NCBI RefSeq assembly: GCF_009914755.1
Contig: NC_060945.1
Direction: 5' to 3' (one strand)
DNA: 64,000 nt
Source: the human T2T-CHM13v2.0 reference genome, Homo sapiens
Shown here in pieces: positions 56,664 to 64,000 of the stretch. Both the position numbers and the translations under genes were made by a program. The notes below the pieces were generated by a model. It saw only the letters and a list, made by a program, of their open reading frames with translations. It was not told the DNA's origin and did no database searches. Positions within the stretch are counted from its first letter, which is position 1, and each line of letters begins with the position of its first letter.

Positions 56664-58101
56664 CAGTGCAGCATGTGGACAAAAGGGGCTCTGCAGCAAT
56701 GATATATGGACCTCAACTATCCCATCACATGGCCCATCGGCAAGAACAGACTAGTTCAACATTAGGTGCCAACTTTAATTTTAATGCAATGTTGGTTACT
56801 TGGGATGGGTTTCTTTTTGTTGCTGTTTCTGTTGTTTCTCTCTGTCTTTTTTGTTATTGTCATTGATGACGTTAGGACAAAGTCCGTCTAACCTAGCACT
56901 GTCAGCCACTACCATGATCACTCACTTCAATGTGGAGTTAATTTAAAATGAACACTTTGGAGGAAATAAATTGTATAAATGAAACATATAATCATTATTC
57001 TGAGGGTTTGGCATTTACTTCAAGAGAGCGGGCATCTCTTTAGTTTGTAAGAGCAAGAGTCCATCAGCGGGACATGTAGTTGAATATGCAAACTGAAGGC
57101 AAATTGAAATAGACTAACACCGATGTATATACATACATACGCATTGTACATATAGTATGCTCATATATAAAGCTTCATTGTCTTTGGCAAAAACTTTTTT
57201 ACAGCTCTATTACAAAACAATAAAGTATATTGCAAAATAAAACGTGTAGACATTAAAACTGGAATTAGTTTTATATGTGTTTACATTTGTCAAATCTTTT
57301 AGTAAGTTCTTTGATGCTTGATTCTTTCATTTGTTTGAGTATAAGAAAATCTTTTACCCATATGGAAGCTTTACACATATTCCTAAGCCACATGGAATAG
57401 ACACTTTGACTTGTATGCAAAAGATTTGTGGTCTTTGCAAAGCCATTATAATTTCTCTTTTGGTACAATTGAAACCATAAATAAATATATGTACATGCAT
57501 TGTATAAATTGTGTCATATGTTTCTGGGTATCTTACTTGCTCTTATTCTAGAAAAATAAATCACTACATAGGCCCACACTTTGAAGGAGCAGTGGATTTT
57601 ATCAAATACAATATTTCTCTTTCTTCTTTCTCTACCTTCACCCAACTCAAATTAGCACTTTACTTACACTACCATCAACCATCTGTACTACAGTTTATTC
57701 TTATAAAATAGGGATAGTGCAGAGTATTGAAAGCATGACTTTTTCCTCCTAAAACTTTGCCTTTTAAAAAATATATATATATTGTAAGCTAAAGAGAAAA
57801 GATAATCACTCTACTAGAATTCTAGCAGACTATACCTTCAGGTCCTTCTCTATGTGCACTACATTTGAAATAATTCCTGCATGCTTCAGTCTCTAATAAT
57901 AATTATTTCACAGGTTGAAATGCTCAGAAAGGAAAATAAATTAGACCTTTAGATTACAGTAGCATTACTATATGATTAATAAATGCTAGTTTTTGATACT
58001 CAAGAGGGGTAGATTTTGTTCAGAAGATTACTTTGGTTTTAAAAATTAATATTTATTATAAGTTAAAAGTTTGTAAGACTAATTCACTCCTAAGCTTTTC
58101 A

Positions 58102-58458
<357 letters not shown>

Positions 58459-58501
58459 GATTAATTTATAAACACATTTGAAAACTTATTTATATTTCTT
58501 T

Positions 58502-59026
58502 TTTTTTTTTTTTTTTTTTTTTACTTTTTAATTTTCTTTTTTTTTTTTTTAATTTTTTTTTTTTTTTATTATAGTCTAAGTTTTAGGGTACATCACACTC
58601 TGGGGACTGTGGTGGGGTCGGGGGAGGGGGGAGGGATAGCATTGGGAGATATACCTAATGCTAGATGACACGTTAGTGGGTGCAGCGCACCAACATGGCA
58701 CATGTATACATATGTAACTAACATGGCAATCATTAAAAAGTCAGGCAACAACAGGTGCTGGAGAGGATGTGGAGAAATAGGAACACTTTTACACTGTTGG
58801 TGGGACTGTAAACTAGTTCAACCATTGTGGAAGTCGGTGTGGCGATTCCTCAGGGATCTAGAACTAGAAATACCATTTGACCCAGCCATCCCATTACTGG
58901 GTATATACCCAAAGGACTATAAATCATGTTGCTATAAAGACACATGCACACGTATGTTTATTGCGGCACTATTCACAATAGCAAAGACTTGGAACCAACC
59001 CAAATGTCCAACAATGATAGACTGGA
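58502..59026 (-). mobile_element. L1HS pre-Ta, short, internally rearranged insertion
   Basis: 12-bp TSD ttatatttcttt at 58490-58501 / 59027-59038; long poly(T); gatgacACGttagt (58670-58672) and cttaGa 3'UTR diagnostics. Confidence 0.93.
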
Positions 59027-60727
59027 TTATATTTCTTTAAATATTTTAAGTTGCATTTATATATTTGGGTACTTCATTGTCCATTTTTTAAAAAAAATAG
59101 CCTTGCCAACTGCTTATGTAATTCTTCTCTATAAAATAAACTTATAAATCTGAGGGACATCAATTTCTCTTACATTTTCTAATATTATTAATAAACTTCT
59201 GTCTTGACCTTAAAATCACAATTCTAAATTGATTATGCATGATGCATATTTTAAATTAGAATCTATTTCTAACATTGCAAATGGTCCTCAACTTAGGACC
59301 TACGTTGTTCCCTCATGTCCCTGGACTTTTGAGTTTGTTTCCATTTGTCTCAGCTTTGAAAGGAAGCAGATTGGAAGGAAGGAAGATTTCTTCTTACTCT
59401 GTCTCCCATTTATCTTTTCTTCGGTATTTAGGAAAATGTGTGACTTTGGTGAGAAATTTACAGAATTTATTTTCTCATTTAATCATTAGATTCCCTTTGC
59501 AGTATACATTTAAGATTCTTTAAAGTAGTTGTCTGTTCAATTTTTACTATACACTTAATACTAGAAAAGGAGTTTAGGTTGCTAATACATGCCTTTGGAG
59601 AATCCAACATGCAAACAAGAAAATATACACTTCTGGCAATGTGGTCTTCTTCAGTTTGGCAGATAAATAGACTTAGCACTTTCAGAATATCAAACTAGTT
59701 TCACACCATGTTGAAGAGAGACATGAATGATTAGATGATTAGATCTACTACTGGAAACAGTTAAGAATCTGTCCTCCACTTAATCATTAATAACAGAGGA
59801 GGGCAGGTTTTCCTATAGATTTGTAATATATTTGCCTAGATTGGAGCAAAAGGTAGAAGGGTAATAAATAGCTTAGCAGCTTTTTTGGAATTAGATATCT
59901 CTTGATATATATAAATCCTGTTTAACCACTCATCTAACCATAATGTGTTCTGAGGAAAGACTAGAAAATATAGTCGTTAGTTCTCATCTGGTCACTTGGA
60001 CTTACTATACAAAAGACAGAGAAATTCATTTCAGAGATTTCTATATTATGGGAACAAATAGAAAAAACTAGTTGTTATGCAGTAATCTGAAAGTATTTTT
60101 TCTTCAAAGAAACAGAAGTCATGAGGTATGGAGCCCAGGACAACAGAATTTGGAATCATAAAACTATGGCTCAAATGTTGGTTCTATCACCTAGCTATGC
60201 AACTTTGTAAAGACCTAATCATCTTGTTCGTAAAGGAAGATAATAATTTTCCTGTAGACTTGTTATTAGAAATAAAGATAATATATATAAAATGTCTCAG
60301 AGTAGGTCCTGATGAAATATATGCTCTTATTTTACATAATTTTTAAATTGCTATTTCTCCCTGTGCGAGCTGTATCTCATTGTCATGAACTCATGGAATA
60401 TATAAACATGTGTTGTTTTGACAGATTTTTATTCCAATGATGTGCTTTGCTAAAAAGTATATAATCCACCATCAGGTTTCTGGGTTAAAGTGAAATGAGA
60501 AGCCATAATTTGTGTTTCTTTGATGAAAGAATTAGAATATGGGAAAAAAGTATTCTAAACCAAAACTATGAGAATGGGGGAAAGAGAGAATAAAGAAGCA
60601 AATATTGCAGCAGATTGTCCTTCACTCTCAAGAATGTGTCGAATACACATTTTGCTTCTGAAATCTGGAATCTTTCTGCTCTAGGTGGAAATCAGACTGC
60701 TTTTCTAGGAGTATTTATGTTGTTTCA

Positions 60728-60850
60728 TGATGTGATTATTTCACATTGCATCATTGCATGCCTCTATCAAAACATCTCATGTAACTCATAAAATATACAC
60801 CTACTATGCACCTACAGAAGTTAAAAATAAAAAGTTACAAAAGTAAAAGA
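60728..60850 (+). mobile_element. L1MA1/2-like extreme 3' end
   Basis: gtgattatttcacattgcat..gcct.tatcaaaacatctcatgta..cataaaatatacacctactatg plus A-tail. Confidence 0.8.
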
Positions 60851-60889
60851 GGGTGAAATTCATTTAAAAACACTATTCTAGAGGCAACA

Positions 60890-61118
60890 ACAGAGGGGTC
60901 AAGGAAACAAGTTCTGAAATCCATCTTCTCATTGGTATGGCCTCCTAGCTGTGGGATCTGAGTTACGAATGTGTGATCCTTTGTGATCCTTCAAGTAAGG
61001 TTAATAATAATCACTACCTCATAGAGTTGTTGGGAGTATTAAATGAATTAATACATGGAAAGTGTTCAGGATGGCACCTGGCATATACTAATATTTATTA
61101 AGTATTCATTGTTATTAC
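60890..61118 (+). mobile_element. MIR SINE
   Basis: taataatcactacctcatagagttgttgggagtattaaatgaattaataca. Confidence 0.78.
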
Positions 61119-61419
61119 TGCTAATCAACCCAACAGCAAACGAGAAAAAACTCGTACTCTGTCTGGGAAACACAGAAGTCCTTTGGGGGAAAATTTAGTA
61201 TCAAGAACAATCCTGAGAGTGTTCTAGGTCCTGGTCAAATCTCGTTATAAGCCAATTTTCCCCCTTTTCAGCATTTTCAACCAGGTTAAGTCAAATTAGA
61301 ACAAACATTAAAGATAACCTTAAATAAGGCACTAAAGGCATCTTGAAATCTAACAGAAATGTGGAAAAAGGAATTTAGAGTACCATATTTTATCCCAGTT
61401 TTGCTGTGCTGTTATTGGA

Positions 61420-61850
61420 TGTATCTTTCAGCTTTTGCTGCAATAATGCTGCATAAGAAGCAATACCAAAATCTCATTGACTTATAACAACTGAAATTTG
61501 TTTGTCACACATGGATCTGTGAGGTAGCCATGGTGACTATGCTCCAGGCTATATATCTGGTTCCTGTTCCTCAGTCTAAGACTTATAACATCGCTCAAAG
61601 GCTGATGCAGCTGTAGCCACCTAAAGAAGTTTTTATCATGGCAGAGGGAAGGAACACAAGAGAAAAAAAGCAACGACATAAACAAATTGAAAACCTTATT
61701 TGAACAGGAAGTAGGTCACTTCTGCTCACATTTCATTGACCAAAATAAATCACATGACCAGGTCCAATAGCTATGTAACAAGGAAGTACATGCCTCCTGT
61801 GCTGGTATGGTCGAGGGCAGTATTTGCTGAACAATAATACAATCAATCAC
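61420..61850 (-). mobile_element. MLT1-type solo LTR
   Basis: tgtatctttcagcttttgctgcaataatgctgcataa ... tttgctgaacaataat.caatc. Confidence 0.72.
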
Positions 61851-61929
61851 ACTTGCCAAACTACCAGGGTTCCATCCATCAAATTCAAGACATATACTGA
61901 CCACTTCAATTAACCGTGTATTAGTGATA

Positions 61930-62105
61930 TAGGTCTCAAATGTTGAAGAGCATCAAAATCACCTGGGGAAATTGTTAAAAAGTATAAATGACCTGGCCTT
62001 CCCACAGTGATTCTAATGTAATGCATTTGAGGATGGGACCTAGGATCTGTATTGTTACCAATCTCATCAATAATCCCATCATACACCAAAGTTTGAGAAT
62101 CACTG
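61930..62105. mobile_element. MER5-like hAT MITE
   Basis: gcatcaaaatcacctgggga..ttgttaaaa ... aaagtttgagaatcactg. Confidence 0.75.
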
Positions 62106-62242
62106 GTTTGCAGAAAGCTATGCCTAGAGATTAGGACAAGTCACTATTCAGAGCAGGTGCCTACTTTTTGACTTGCTGTCCCAGGGAAGAAGGGAAGATG
62201 ACACAACAACATTCCCACTTGTAGAAAGAAGAGAATAAACTG

Positions 62243-62524
62243 GGCTGGGTGCAGTGGTTCATGCCTGTAATCCAGCACTTTGGGAGGCCAAGGTGGGCCA
62301 ATCACTTGAGGTCAGGAGTTTGAGACCATCCTGGTCAACATGGTGAAACCCTGTCTTTACCAAAAATACAAAAATTAGCCAGATGTGGTGGTACACATAT
62401 GTAATCCTAGCAACTCGGGAGGGTGAAGCAGGAAAATCTCTTGAACCCAAGAGGCGGGGGCTGCAGTGAGCCGAGATCACACCACTGCACTTCAGCCTGG
62501 GTGACAGAGTGAGACTCAAAAAAG
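62243..62524 (+). mobile_element. Alu (AluSz/Sx-like) with very short tail
   Basis: 15-bp TSD gaagagaataaactg at 62228-62242 / 62525-62539. Confidence 0.96.
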
Positions 62525-62554
62525 GAAGAGAATAAACTGAAGTTTCTGATGGAT

Positions 62555-63000
62555 TGGATGTTGGCTCCCAATTATTTCCCCTCTGTGTTTTCATATCTTT
62601 GCCATTTGACTTTGCAGTTCCTCCCACTGTTTCCCTACCTTGTGGTTAGACTTAACCATGTGACTCACTTGGCCAGTGAGATGTGGGCGAAGTAACAGAG
62701 TGCCAGTTCCAAGCTTAAACCGTGTTCCTGCTTACCCTCTTGATCTGTACCTTGAGAACAGCTTTTCCTGGTAGCTGCTGCCAGTCCAGACAGGACCCCA
62801 GAGTTACACATTGACCAGCCTAAGCCCAAGCAAGAAGCCAAGCCCAGCTGGACCCAACTTGAATCAGAGCTTTTTAGCCAAGAGCAGTTAGATCAATCCA
62901 TCTCCATATGAAATCCATACACATGAAAGAAAAACTGATTGCAATTTTGAGCCAATGGATTTGGGGGTGACTTGTCACTCAGCAAAAGCTAACTCATAAC
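62555..63000 (+). mobile_element. MLT1-type solo LTR
   Basis: tgactttgcagttcctcccact...catgtgact..ttggccagtg ... gcaaaagctaactcataac. Confidence 0.7.
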
Positions 63001-63796
63001 CTCTCCCCAGTTTTAGCATTATTTGGGTAGCAGGAGTGGGAACTCATGCTCCCTACATTGAAAAGGGGCTCAGACTTTAAGCAAAATAATTTTCCTAATT
63101 TTATGAAACATTAAGGATATATACTACTAGGAAGTATTCTCATCTGAATTCACAGTGTGTCATTTATTTGAATATACCTGAAGAACGAAGCATATGAATG
63201 TAGAAGAGTGAAATAAGAGAAAATAGGAATATTTAGGTCATATAACAGCATCATTTTTTTTTTCAAAATAGAAACAGATTGTTGTACAGAATCCAGCAAT
63301 CCTGGTGGAAATACTCTGCAATGGAAGCATGTTTTCCATTAACTTAAATATTGTGTTAACCTCAATCAAAAATATACTTTCTTAAACTAAATACAGAATT
63401 TATAGTTTTGAGAAACAGAGCCTACAGTCTAAATGGGCAAAGGAACTGATGCAAATGACTCTGTCCCACATGATTAAAAATATTCTTAGTTTTATTTTGT
63501 AAAAATGAAATTAAAACCTAAAATAGAATTTATTCTGTCACTCAACCAAACATTTAGCCATGTGTGGTATCTTTTACATCTCCAGAGTCCATTTTCTTTT
63601 CTCATTGCTGTGTACTGTCTTGAGGCCATAAGGACACGGTTTCTCTCTATTCAATAAAACTACTCAAGAAAAACTTCTCACACACAGACAGCCTCTATCA
63701 TCTCAAGACTCTTGGAGGCTGACATTGCAAGGCAGATCTTTCTACTAAGCTAGTGAATCTGAGAAGTATTGTCAGAGCTCTGTCCTGTTAGAAAGT

Positions 63797-64000
63797 GTAT
63801 TAGTCCGTTTTCACACTGCTACAAAGAACTTCCCTGAGACTGGGTAATTTATAAAGCAAAGAGGTTTAATTGACTCACAGTTCCACATGGCTGGGGAGGC
63901 CTCAGGAAACTTACAGTTGTGGCGGAAGGCTAAGGAGGCATGTCTTACATGGCAGCAGGCAAGAGAGAGCATGTGAAAAAGGAACTGTCGAATGCTTATA
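63797..64000 (-). mobile_element. THE1 (THE1D-like) LTR, cut by the window edge
   Basis: tgtattagtccgttttcacactgct...gagactgggtaatttataaag. Confidence 0.9.

Noticed and set aside
58702-59040. 112-aa ATG ORF created by the L1HS rearrangement
   Set aside because: A chance fusion of a 3'UTR ATG to the ORF2 C-terminal frame; no promoter or expression evidence.

Overview
This window is AT-rich, repeat-dense primate genomic DNA. It is almost certainly human, because it carries an L1 with L1HS pre-Ta diagnostics. I recognise no protein-coding gene, tRNA, rRNA or CpG island, so it is intergenic or deep intronic. The ORF-track hits are decayed L1 ORF1/ORF2 pieces, Alu-derived ORFs or chance ORFs. Repeat content includes a near full-length but deleted L1PB, a twin-primed L1PA7 hosting an Alu and a solo HERV-H LTR7, three short younger L1 3' fragments, about a dozen Alus, solo ERV1 LTRs (MER51-, LTR1- and MER41-like), many MaLR LTRs, and L2/MIR/hAT fossils. 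I found no new gene system. The notable signals are mechanistic scars readable directly in the sequence: (1) an L1 flanked by a 30-bp INVERTED copy of its own poly(A)/target junction; (2) a pre-Ta L1HS built from scrambled inverted segments inside one TSD; (3) templated inverted and direct insertions sealing the broken 3' end of the L1PB; (4) an apparent gene-conversion tract between two Alus 6.7 kb apart. Two repeat-poor, motif-dense segments (about 27 kb and 30 kb) are candidate enhancers. Subfamily calls come from remembered consensus diagnostics and need RepeatMasker/Dfam confirmation.
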